DNA from: Entomortierella parvispora E1425
Lineage: Eukaryota; Fungi; Mortierellomycota
DNA: 64,000 nt
NCBI GenBank assembly: GCA_020891255.1
Contig: BQFW01000012.1
Span: forward strand, 930,001 to 994,000
Direction: 5' to 3'
Positions 11,710 through 22,921 of the stretch are shown here, piece by piece. The stretch's first letter is position 1, and every line of letters starts with the position of its first letter. The position numbers and the translations under genes were made by a program. Under the pieces are notes generated by a model that did no database searches, was not told the DNA's origin, and worked only from the letters and a program-made list of their open reading frames with translations.

Positions 11710-14001
11710 TTATTGATGATCTTCGTCTGCAATGCTATTTGTCCTAGACCTAAAAGTCCCTTTCAGAGTTACGAAATTAGGCCAGTGGACAGTGGTCCAT
11801 TTAATTTCCTTGCTCGTCATCCGATGGTCAATGTCCCGGATGCCGAGCACCTGCAAACTCTTGAGACCTGAGAGTTGATCAAGTCCCGACTTGAGGGTGA
11901 GCTCTAGTGATTTTGGAAAAGGTCGGGGCGGCTTTTCTAGCGAATGACCCAGGCTAAGAACTCTGAGCTTTGTGAACCGGCCAAGCTGAGCCAGGACTTT
12001 ACGCTGGAGCTCGAGCGAGCTGTGGTGTTGCTGTAGCGTGGATTGAAGGATGGAGAGGCGTCGTGCAGATGCTTTCTGCGCCGTGCTTGTGTTCGGTTTT
12101 TGTTGATGTTTTGTGGTCCAGTTAGAGTCAACCGTGTCTTTACTGGACGGGTGGTTGCTGTACTCATTGTATCCGCCATCCACCAATCCTTGCGTTATTA
12201 TCTGCTCTTGCTCCGCTGTCAATCTAGGGATGCCGACGATAGCACATTCAAGCTCCTCCAGTTCTTCGCAGACCCACGGCTTGTGAATCATATCTACGGC
12301 CCTCACTGCGAGTCCATAGCCTTTTAAGACCCTGAGCCGTTTACAAGTCGTCAGCACCTTGACCAGTTCCCTAGAGCAATGTCCTTTAATTTCCAACGTC
12401 AACTCTTGAAGAAGCGGACAATGTTCCGTAATGACTTCCAGCATGAATGGTCGGATCCTGCCCAAACACAAGCTGATAAGGCTCGGCATCCGACCAAGAA
12501 GCGAAAAGAGGGCTGATCCCCGGTGCAAGGACGTTAGTTGGACTTCGAAGTGCTGGACGGAGTGGTCACAGTGACCGTCTCGGAGCTGGATCTGTGTCAT
12601 CTCTTTCATTTGTTTGGCCAAAAAGGCAACCAACAGCGCCGCTGGCTCTGGTTTGCATTCAAAGTGTCCCCGTCCATCTGCAATGTTGATCACCTGGCGC
12701 ACGTTGGGCATTCGGTGCAGTACCATGTTAAGCCCCCAGAGTTGACGCATGGGTGCCTTGAGCTGCTCCAGTGCAACCCATTGGATGGGTACGAGCGCCA
12801 GGCGCAGACACCCTCGTCCGCCAATTGTTAGTGACTTGAGGGTCAAGTTGTTTGACCTCTCGGCTCTTGAGCCACGCAGAGCCTTTGACGAGCCGTAGTC
12901 ATGGCTCAAGAGGTCAGGTAGTTCCGGACCATTGTGGAGAGTGCGGAAGCTAGCCATCGTTAGATGCTCTAGTGCAGGGAAGACGACTTGTACCAGGGCA
13001 GCTAACGCCGCAGGTTCAACATTCTGAAGTTTAAGGATCCGAACCTTGGGGTTCACAAAGAGTTGTCGATGCTCCCCAACAGAGGGCAACAAACACTCTT
13101 GGTTGTAGTTACTGAGGTCAAGGGATTGGAGAGAGCCGAGGCCGAAATTGGCCAGGATTGGTAGAGTCCATGTCTCGTGACCATTGGCGAGGTGCAATCG
13201 AAAGTGTTGAAGGCAAGGCAGACGCTTCAAGGTTGTCGCCAAAAACTGAGCCCCTGGTGCAAGGGGGGATGACGGCAGAGACGATGTGTCTTTCAAGGAG
13301 GTGGTCGAGTCGGTGTTGTTCTTGTTGCTGTTACTGTTTCTGTTGGTCCCGAGTCGAAAGGGGACTGGATTTGACGAGAGAAAAAATTCGATCCGGCGAA
13401 GACTTGGGTTGTTGTGGATCAGTTGCCAGATGGCCCGCATCTGGTTCTTCATGTCATTGCTGTGGGACAGAGTCGGATCGGGATCATAAAAGACCTCGGA
13501 GGGGACGTCTGTCAGCAAGGACTCGCACCTCGTGCCGGTGTGGTTCGATTTTGATCCAGATCGCGAGGATGGAAACCACCTTGGTCCAAGACATGTTGCC
13601 CTGAAGGTCTGGAGTTGAGCAAGCCCCTGAGATCGGTGTAGATCGAGGAACAGGTGGACGGTGTAGTGGACGCTGGTGTTGAGATGACGCACATATGGGC
13701 CCAATTTACGGAAGAGGGACGTAGCCTCGTTCTTGCGAGGGTCGGGTGGATGTGATGTTAAGGAAGTGGTCGAGCTACGGAGATCAGCCTCCTTGAGGAT
13801 CCTCCTCCAAGGCCGAGCAGTGTCGTGGCAGTTGGACCAGAGGAAAGGTGCAAAAGCAGAGTACCAGAGCCTCGAGACAGCCACACAGCGGAGCAGATCG
13901 CAGTAGTCGAGCGACAGGGCGATGGAATTGAGGAGCTCGGGGAGGAGGAGGGCGGGAGGAGAGGATCGGGGGCCGTTGGCCGCAATACAAGGGGATTGCA
14001 T
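11710..14001 (-). CDS. F-box / LRR-like protein
   Basis: ATG at 14001 (MQSPCIAANG). F-box motif LLLPELLNSIALSLDYCDLLRCVAVSRLWY, followed by LRR-like repeats and C-terminal LELTLKSGLDQLSGLKSLQVL. The upstream part of the 930-aa track ORF is microsatellite read-through. Confidence 0.75.
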   Translation of the reverse strand: MQSPCIAANGPRSSPPALLLPELLNSIALSLDYCDLLRCVAVSRLWYSAFAPFLWSNCHDTARPWRRILKEADLRSSTTSLTSHPPDPRKNEATSLFRKLGPYVRHLNTSVHYTVHLFLDLHRSQGLAQLQTFRATCLGPRWFPSSRSGSKSNHTGTRCESLLTDVPSEVFYDPDPTLSHSNDMKNQMRAIWQLIHNNPSLRRIEFFLSSNPVPFRLGTNRNSNSNKNNTDSTTSLKDTSSLPSSPLAPGAQFLATTLKRLPCLQHFRLHLANGHETWTLPILANFGLGSLQSLDLSNYNQECLLPSVGEHRQLFVNPKVRILKLQNVEPAALAALVQVVFPALEHLTMASFRTLHNGPELPDLLSHDYGSSKALRGSRAERSNNLTLKSLTIGGRGCLRLALVPIQWVALEQLKAPMRQLWGLNMVLHRMPNVRQVINIADGRGHFECKPEPAALLVAFLAKQMKEMTQIQLRDGHCDHSVQHFEVQLTSLHRGSALFSLLGRMPSLISLCLGRIRPFMLEVITEHCPLLQELTLEIKGHCSRELVKVLTTCKRLRVLKGYGLAVRAVDMIHKPWVCEELEELECAIVGIPRLTAEQEQIITQGLVDGGYNEYSNHPSSKDTVDSNWTTKHQQKPNTSTAQKASARRLSILQSTLQQHHSSLELQRKVLAQLGRFTKLRVLSLGHSLEKPPRPFPKSLELTLKSGLDQLSGLKSLQVLGIRDIDHRMTSKEIKWTTVHWPNFVTLKGTFRSRTNSIADEDHQ

Positions 14002-14039
14002 GGCTGGGGAATGGAATGGGAGCAGAGGAGAGAAGAAAC

Positions 14040-14460
14040 ATGAATGACGGGTGTAAGAGCGAGAAGAGAAAAGAGAGAGAGAGAAAGAAAGAAAGAAAAG
14101 AGAGGGGCAGAGACAGAGAGACGAGAGCGAGAAGCCTCGGAGGAGTGATTGTCGTCGGTGGGGATCAAGAGAGGGAGCGGCAGGGCTCACCTCATCACAT
14201 CCGGTGTAGGGGACACACGCGCGCAGGTGGTTCGCAGGAATCCGCGCCCCGTGCGTGTGCAGTGTGTGTGTGTGTGCGGTGTGTGTGTGCAGTGTGTGTG
14301 CAGTGTGTGTGCAGTGTGCAGGTGGGAAGAGGGCGAGTGGGGAGTGGGACTGGGAGAGTGGAGTGGGAGAGTGGAGTGGAGTGGGAAGTGGGGGTGTGTG
14401 TGCGTGTGTGTGGTTTGCTGCACATGCTGTAATGCTGTAATGCTGTAATGCTGCTTGCTG
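14040..14460. repeat. Simple-repeat array: GA-rich, (GT)n/GCAGTGTGT, GAGTG and (TGCTGTAA)3
   Basis: Seen directly in the intergenic region between the divergent F-box and PHO8 genes. Confidence 0.85.
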
Positions 14461-14762
14461 CACGTACGTGATTTTTTTTAACTTTCTTTCGTTCTTTGTC
14501 ATGTCTTACTCTTGCTGCAGTCTCCCGCTGCTGCTGCTGGGACACCACTTTGGTGGCGTTTCCTTTTTTGGTCATGTTCTTCCTTGTGGTGTCTGTCCGT
14601 TGGAGTCCGTCGGTCTCTCCTCTCCTCTCGCTCCTCGCACCCTCTCTCCTCTCTCCTCTGTTCTCTCCACTTCCCCGCCAGGCACACAGTCCATCATCTT
14701 CGTTTCATCCATTCTACTCCACTCTACTCCGACCCACTCCACTCCATCCTACCCCATCAGTC

Positions 14763-16662
14763 ATGGTCCGCCATGAATCCACCGCACCCCTGCTCGCCAA
14801 CGAGGATCCTCGCGACTCTTTTGATGAGGACGAACGCGAGCTGCTCAAACAGGAGGAGCGCAGCCAGATTCGCCGGGTAAGGTGCCATTGTCCCTGATGA
14901 CTGACTTCAGCTATCCGCTCTGCCAACACCTTGCATCCACTGACAGTAACGTTGTAATCTTGTCGCCATCCAGGATCGCAGACGCATGTGTCTCTGCCTC
15001 GGACTCGCCGCCGTTCTCGCTTCTGCTGCTGCCATCACGACAACTTACCTCATTACCCGCGGCTCCCCTCTTGGTATGAACGCACATCCTCCAGCTCACT
15101 AAATTTGCTCATCAAACATTCAGTTTATCCACTCCTGACTCCCTTTTGTATATAACCTTTCACCTCCTTGCGCCACACCAGCTGCTGGCCGCAGCCGCAA
15201 TGTCATCATGATGGTTTCGGACGGGTTCGGTCCTGCCTCTCAGACCTATGGACGTTCTTTCTGGCATTTCAAGACTAATGACACCGAGGGTGTCAGCCTG
15301 TCTTCCCTGGACAAAATCCTTGTGGGAGCATCCAGGACCCGCAGCTCTGACAGTCTTGTGACAGACTCAGCTGCCGGGGCTACCGCTTTCTCTTGCGCCA
15401 AAAAGTCGTACAACGCCGCCATTGCAGGTACTGTCTGACCTTGTCTCTGTAGCTGTTCATGGATTGTTCTCTAATGTCTCGAATGAACCTTACTCCAAAT
15501 AGTCGATCCCAATGGTATCCCTTGCGGCACCGTCCTCGAGGCTGCCAAGCAACTCAACATGCTCACCGGATTGGTCGTCACCAGCAGAGTGACTCACGCA
15601 ACACCGGCTGCCTTTTCTGCCCATGTGGTTCATCGAGATATGGAAGCCGATATCGCTGTTCAACAGATGGGAGACTATCCTTTGGGGCGTCAGGTTGACT
15701 TGATGCTTGGCGGTGGGCGTTGCTTCTTCTTGCCCAACACGACTGAGGGAAGCTGCAGGCCTGATGGAAGAGATTTGATCAAAGAGAGCTCGGATTATGA
15801 ATGGAAGCACGTTTTGGACTATCCCCAGTATCAGGAATTGCTGAAGCAGAACAAACAGATCTTGCCTCTGCCTGCCATGGGTCTTTTCCACCCAAGCCAT
15901 ATGAACTTTGAGATTGATCGCAAAAAGGATAAGGAGCCGTCCTTAAGCGAAATGACCGACGTTGCGCTGCGGTCCTTAAAGGCTCGTGCAACTGATGAGA
16001 ACCAAGGATTCTTCCTGATGATTGAAGGATCTAGAATCGACATGGGCGCCCACAACAACGACCCGGTGGCACATGTCCACGAGATCTTGGAATACCACAA
16101 AACTATCCAAAAAGTCCGCGAATTCGTGGCTGATAACCCCGACACGGTCATGATTTCGACCAGCGATCATGAAACGGGCGGCTTTACTCTTGGATTGCAG
16201 CCAGACCCCAACACATACCCCGATTACCTTTGGAGACCCGAAGTCATTGATCGCGCCACAACCTCGACCGAAATCTTGACCGCGGATTTGATCACCTACC
16301 ATGCACAAAACCGGGGACTGAGCGCCACTCAGAAATTCGTCCGCAAAGAGATTCTTGGACAAGGACTTGGTATCTCTGATGCCACGGAAGAAGAGATCTC
16401 GTTCCTGTCCAATCCAGATGCGATCGCCAACGACATTTTGCGGTTCTTGGGACATGCGATCAGCCGACGTGCCAATTTGGGCTGGACCACCATGGGGCAC
16501 ACTGGTGTGGATGTGAACCTTTACGCCGAAACAGCCAAAGAGGTTGATAGATCTGTTCTAGACGGATTGAGAGGCAACCATGAAAACACCGAGATTGGAG
16601 AGTTCATCAGCTGGTACCTCGGACTGGACCTGGAATCAATCACATCTCGTCTTTCCAAGTAA
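14763..16662 (+). CDS. PHO8: Membrane-anchored (vacuolar-type) alkaline phosphatase
   Basis: ATG at 14763. Exon 2 (from 14974) encodes a TM helix (MCLCLGLAAVLASAAAITTTYLI). Motifs NVIMMVSDGFGP, DSLVTDSAAGATAFSC, FFLMIEGSRIDMGAHNND, STSDHETGG and GHTGVDV. Confidence 0.92.
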
Positions 16663-17339
16663 GTGGTTTTTTTAAAAAAACTTTACGAGAAAATGTGGAC
16701 TGTTAACCAACAAGTTTTACTCCTTTTTTTTTTGTTTTGTTTTGTGCAGGTCTTCTACCGAATGGTTCAAGTCAAAGAATGCATTCTCTGCCTTGGATCA
16801 TACTCACAGCCTCCACGAAGAAACAGGTCATTAAATGTGTCAACAACATACCGAAGCACAATATCCTTTTTACATACCCTTCATCTCGAATTTAGAAATA
16901 AAATGGCATTCTTGATGTTCAAAAAAAAAAAAAAAAAAGAAAAAAAAAAAGAAGTTATGAGGGTCGTTCCGGATCTGAATGGCAGTCCAAATTCGTGCTC
17001 ACGAATTTTTTTATTACACCAGAATAAAGGCCTGACTACAAGAAATAAATCTCGATTTCTTCACAGCCTGGCGACAGCAAAGAGTACCTGCAATGACGAA
17101 TGGTTCCCACATGGTTATAAAAATATCCTTAAACACGGCTATCTCTCTCAATAGCAAAGTTGCCGCCAAGGCTGTAGGTGAAAATAGCACCGTAGCCCTG
17201 AAGACGTGAAAGGCATCAATCAAACTACGGGGCCTTTTACGATCAGAAGGCCTCGCTTGCTTCTTTATAGGGATTTCCACGTTTTTGTTGCGACTAGGTG
17301 ACGTGCACCATAGGCCATTCACAAAAATAAAATCTAACT

Positions 17340-20300
17340 CTAGTCCTCATTAACTCTCAGCAGCTCCATGTCTCCTTCCAGAGTTCGTCCTCGCGACGTT
17401 AGAGTTGACTTGGTGGTCATGGGGGTCCTCGAAACAACATTGGAGTTCAGCTGCAATTGTTCAGTAAACGACTGGACCCGAGCTTGCGGCTGATGTAACT
17501 GATTCTCGTGCGGCATCTCATTGAGAAATCGGTGCTGCTCTTCCAACGTCTGTGCTTGCCCATAGATATATCCGGGATTATGACTGTGAGCATGGCCGCA
17601 GTGTTGTTGCTGAGGTAAATCGCCTTGGTGCTCCTCAGAGTGGTAGTAGTACAATGGCATCGCTGGGGATCCGTTGGGTGAAGCTGACATCGAGGATACC
17701 GACGAGGGCCCTCGGGATTGGGACCGTAACGAACTTGTAGTCAGAAGTGTCCCAGTACTGACTTGTGTCGTTGTTGGCGAGTGTGCCCCCTGACTGAAAC
17801 TTGGCTCCTCCTCGAAACTTGAACTTTGAGAGCAGTCCAGTCCATCAAGAGCCACCATTAGGCCACTGTTGTAATAACATGTTGGAGGCCGGTAGTTCTC
17901 CCCGTTGAAGTCGCCAATGTCCATTGAAGTAGGTGTTGTCTCTGCGAGCGTCAAGTTGGAAGACGAAGTAAGTGTTGCAGAACTAGGCGACGCCTCATTA
18001 ACTGCGGACAATGGAATGGAGTCTGACAAAGTTGAGACTGAGCTCTTGCTTTGATCCTGGCCATGGTCCTGCTCATCTACCAGGTACCCGTTCTTCCTCA
18101 GCCAATTCTCCACATCCTGTCGATCCCTCTCTAACCACAAAATGTGCATCCGAATCCCTTCCAGCGAAGTGGCTAAAATCCGCTCATAGGAACTTCGGTC
18201 TTTGTGGGCAAAAAAGTCCTGTACTTCTCGATACCGCTCCAACGACGAGAATGAGGCGACGCTGATCAGGACGAAATAATCCAAGAACCGAATGTCATCA
18301 CAATGTCGCTCATAAAGAATATCCCAATGATGTCTCATAAAGTTCCAAAGCTCGGCTCTTCCCTCGACAGATGATCTAAGTGTGGACACGGCGGTGAGTA
18401 CATCCTGTGTTCGGACATCGGCCGATATGGCAAATGCTAATGTGCGTCGAATTAGCTCCAGGGAATGTCCATATCCAAGCACAGTGAGAGCTACGACCTT
18501 TTCGCCAGGTAGATAGGTCTCTCGATAATAGTTTACAACAGCTTCGTACTCCTCAACTCCTACAGTTGTCCGGAGAACAATCTCGAACACAGGGAATCTC
18601 AAATCTGGAGGGATGATAGTCATATCTCTGTTCGTCATGAAGATCCGGAATCGCCGTCTTGCCTCATTTACAACTCTGTGACATAAAGAAAAGAAAACAA
18701 GTAAGCAGCTTTTAGCAATGCAGTTTAAAAAAAAAAAAAAAAAAAAGCAGAGAATACTCACTCCGTATCTCCAGCTCGACCAGCATAGCGAATGGCGAGA
18801 GTGCGTAAATTTCCTGTTGCCTGATCTTCATTCTCTGGGAATTCCCACCCTAGCCTTTTCACAATCTTTGTGAATAGTCGTCTTTGAACTTCTTTGAGTG
18901 CCTTTATGACCGCCTCTGGTTGCTCAAGCCAGACTGAGAAAAGCTCCTGAAGCCGTAGAGAGAGCTCAGCCCACACCCTATCGCACACAGTACATCATCG
19001 TTAAGAGATATTCAGAGATATGATGAATGTAGGTAATACCGCCCCTCTTACTTACATATAGTTTTCCTCGTCTTCAAAATACTTGAGCAGCGTCAGGAAG
19101 CTACTCGTGGGTGCGTTTCCGCTGGAGACCAAGGCTGCAGCATCTGTTAGCAAACCCATCCTATCGGCTGCACTCAAAGTTTCGATTCTGTGGCCCACTT
19201 CGTTTACTCGCTGTTGCAAGAGTGTTTGTCCCAGGAGATCCAGCGTTTTTGGAGGATATGAAACGCGGTAGAATCCTGCCTGGCCCATATTAAATTTGTA
19301 CCAGCGAGTGGTATCGACCTTTAGGATCATCTCTTTGCTGTCCAGCATAATATTGCGCACTTCGGTTGGGTTGTCTGCTGTAGTGAGAGCTAAAGGGACG
19401 GGCCATAAGAGTTGATCTTCTTCCTCGCGTACATCACCTGTGGAAAGAAAGAGCGTTTGTCGAACCAATATTGTTGATTCGTCCAGCTCAGTGATGGACA
19501 AAACGGGATACTATTAGGTTGAAAAAATATAGTTAGATGGATCAAAACACTGCTCCTGAAGAGCAGAACAAGCCAAGAATTCTGATTTACCCCAGTCTGT
19601 CTGGTCCATTGTCGCATGAAGCCCGGAACATCCACCTTGCACTCTTCTGCTAAAGTCACCCATAGGTCTTCTGTTGTAGCATTCCCCCACATGAATTTAA
19701 GCATAAATGTTCTGATACCCCTAAGCAACTGATTTTGGCCCAGCCAAGCGCTCAGCATTCTCAGAACAGAGGCACCTTTCATATAGCTAATCTCGTCAAA
19801 GATTTGTGTAATCTCACTAGGGTTAGCTACCCCAACTTCAACAGGATGCGAGGTTCGGAGCGCGTCCTGAGCAAGCACAATCTGGATTCGTTTCACGAAT
19901 TCGGACCAGACATCCCAATCGGGGAAAAGTTCATCCACGACAATATACGCCAAATGGGTTGCGAACCCTTCAAAGAGCCATAGGTCCGACCACCAATCCA
20001 TTGTCACAAGATTACCAAACCACTATCGCATTGCAGTGAAAGCAGAGTAGAAGACAAAGAGTAAATATCCTTACATCATTGAGAAGCAGCGCTAGGTAGA
20101 TAGGGATGGCTCAATCTCTGTTGTATCTATAATCGTGTTTACCTGGTGCGAGATCTCATGGATGACCGTGGCAGCAATTTCTCGTTTTCTTTCATTGCTT
20201 CCATACTCATCCAGAAGCAAGGCGTAGGTTCGGAACGTAATCAACCCCCAATTCTCCATTGCTCCTGGCGAAAAATCAGGAACCGCAACCAAGTCCAGCT

Positions 20301-22247
20301 TGGGTAGCGGGTAAGGTATATTAAAAAGTCGAGAAAAATACTCGACAGACTTACAGCCAGAGGGATTTAAAGGGTTAATATCGGGGTATAAAGCGCAGAC
20401 GATGTGGTTATAGAGTATCTTACTTTTACAGCCAAGTCAAGAGAATATTGACCGTGAATGGCCAGACCAACTGGGGCGTACAGACGACAGAGGACAGGCT
20501 CTCCGTTGAATTCACCAGAAGTGTATGCCTCCAAATAATCGAAGTCTCCAATCATCCACGCCAGGAGCTATTCGCAGAATTGACTGCAATTAAATACTGT
20601 GCGTTATGTGCGGTGGGACACATTGTTTCGACATTCACTCAACACTGTAAAGTCTTACATAAGTTGCCATGATTGGAGTTTTAAGAAAAGTGACCTGCTG
20701 CATCCCATTCTCGAGCAGCGTTGTTGACTCCACACTCATATTAGAAAGACAAGTCATTTCTTGGGAAACAACCAGCATTAGAGAGAAGGTGGCTTTGACC
20801 GAAGGCTGCGATTGTTTGAACGAAATACAGAGGAACACGAGCGACGTTGTTAGACTTGCTCCTGCTCTCAAGTACGCTTGTAGCTGCCTTTTAGAAAAAA
20901 AAACGAAAGTGCTTCAAACAGTACAGCCCTACCTCATCCCAACAAGGAAATGCCCTTCGAGCATGCGTCGACTGGAATTGGGTCGTTGTCATTTGACTGT
21001 TGAAAAAGAGAGCAACAGTTAATTTGGTTGTCAGTGCGTTATGGATTGTCAGTCCCCGAGAAAGTTGCAACATACTGGACGTTATTGTCAGCATCGGTAT
21101 AAGCAGACCGATAAAACCCGTTTAGCTTATCGTTAACAAGACCAATGTAGACGATATCCAAGATCCATGACGTTCCAACATGTAGCAATTCGGGGAACTC
21201 CAGTGTAATGGTCTCTTCCTCGATATTATATCGGACGCTTGTCGCAGTAACACTAAATAGACCATGAATCGAGCGGTCGGGCTTAGTGACCCATTCGCTT
21301 CCCTGTGATTAAGGATGACGGTCCGCTTGACGGTCCGCTTGACGCGTCATACGGCGCCATTAAAACAGCCCTCAAAGTCCAGCGGATGGCAATGTGCGCC
21401 CATCTCTTCTGAGGTGGTCCGTAGAATTTATATTCAAGCGATGCGACAATAGAGAGGAATGGATAACAATAGCTCCGTCCTACATTGCTCTCTCCACACA
21501 ATCGAATCATTCACAGCCAACTAACAAATACAACAAAGAGCCTCCCGATACTGATCTTCCGAAGGGAACAAACAGCATGATCCTCCGACTGTCTCTCGTA
21601 CGAACTTGCATGCCCACAGTACACAAACAGTTGTCGGCGTCCATATCTGGGAACTCTCTGCATTGATTGTCATTTTCTAGCCATGCGATGGAAACGCCAG
21701 AACTTTGGAATGTACTACCATCGACCCTGCCCACCATTTTTGGCAGGAATATCGTATTCACACATATGCACTTTTATGTGTATACAAAACACACTTAGCA
21801 ATGCACAGGCACAGGCACACACATACACTCACACATCCCAGTTTCAATTAGTTACCTGTAGTCAGTTGACGACAAGTGGTCGCGAGCCGTTGCTGTTTGA
21901 ATATTGAGTTCTTTTGCATTGAGGGTGATATCAAAGGTGGGCTCCGCAATACAGATCCTAGTTTCAAATATGCTAGGTTAGGAGCTTATGGCTGCAGGTG
22001 TCCCGATAAGAAAAAAATTGGGCACAAGTCCACTGACATTGACCGACTGTGCAGAATTGGGACAAAAGATGAGATGCAATCGTAGGGGGGGAGGTTCTTA
22101 CTCAATAGAACATTCACCGAGGAATGTGAAACTGATGGGGCAGGGGATGATCTTCAGAGAGTAGTGGATGGGGATGATGGACTTGTTGAGAGTCATTCCC
22201 AACGCTGGCGCGGCTGAGGTCGTTTCGAGCGATAAGGGTAAGGCCAT
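17340..22247 (-). CDS. M1-family zinc aminopeptidase (Ape2/puromycin-sensitive type) with long C-terminal low-complexity tail
   Basis: ATG at 22247 (MALPLSLE...SIIPIHYSLKI), multi-exon. Motifs DKLNGFYRSAY, FQSTHARRAFPCWDE, GAMENWGLITFR, HEISHQ/WFGNLVTMDWWSDLWLFEGFA and FDEISYMKGASVLRML, then an ERAP1-like C-domain. Confidence 0.9.
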
Positions 22248-22921
22248 TGCTGGTCAAATCCTTCAAGGATAAGAATCGGCGAGTAAAGGTGACGAGGGAA
22301 CAGGAAAGAGCAAAAGGAAAAGAGGGAGGAGAGCGATCCGAGGCAAAGCAAGACGATGTAGCAGAGGAAAGAGCACCAAAGGAAAGAGCATAGAGGCACG
22401 AAGCGTTGATGGGAAAATGCGCGATGGGGCTGCAGTCTGTGGGCCAATCACGCGCGTGCCCTGAGAGAGATGCTTGAGCTGCGTACAGAGTCATGTGTAC
22501 CGTGGTTTGTTTGCAAGACTCTTCTTCCCTCTCCATCGCCATCGATCATATCGCTCTATCCTGGTCCAGGTCCAGGTCCAGGTCAGATGCGACGCTCGCT
22601 GCAATGACAACAACATCACTTGGTTTTGTTAAAAAGCCCCCCTGCCACGATCGGTCACACAAAGCCCTGGCTACAACAGAAAATTTGTGCAATGGGCTAA
22701 CAAGTCTGCTGCCTCACTCTCCTCTGTTTTCCCATCACATCCTGTTCCCTGCTTTCCCATCAGGCTCTCACATTCATGTGTCGGTGAAGATAGATTATGT
22801 CGATAGAACAGTCATATCACATCTTTCAAAAGATGGTTGGTGGGCTTCGTAACCGGTGTGAGCGTGTGAGTTTAAGTGTGTATACGAATTTGTGTATGAG
22901 TGTAATGCAGTTACATTAGTA

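Noticed and set aside
14002-14502. N-terminal ~167 aa of the 930-aa ORF and the overlapping His/Thr/Cys-rich ORFs
   Set aside because: These are translations of microsatellites upstream of the true F-box start.
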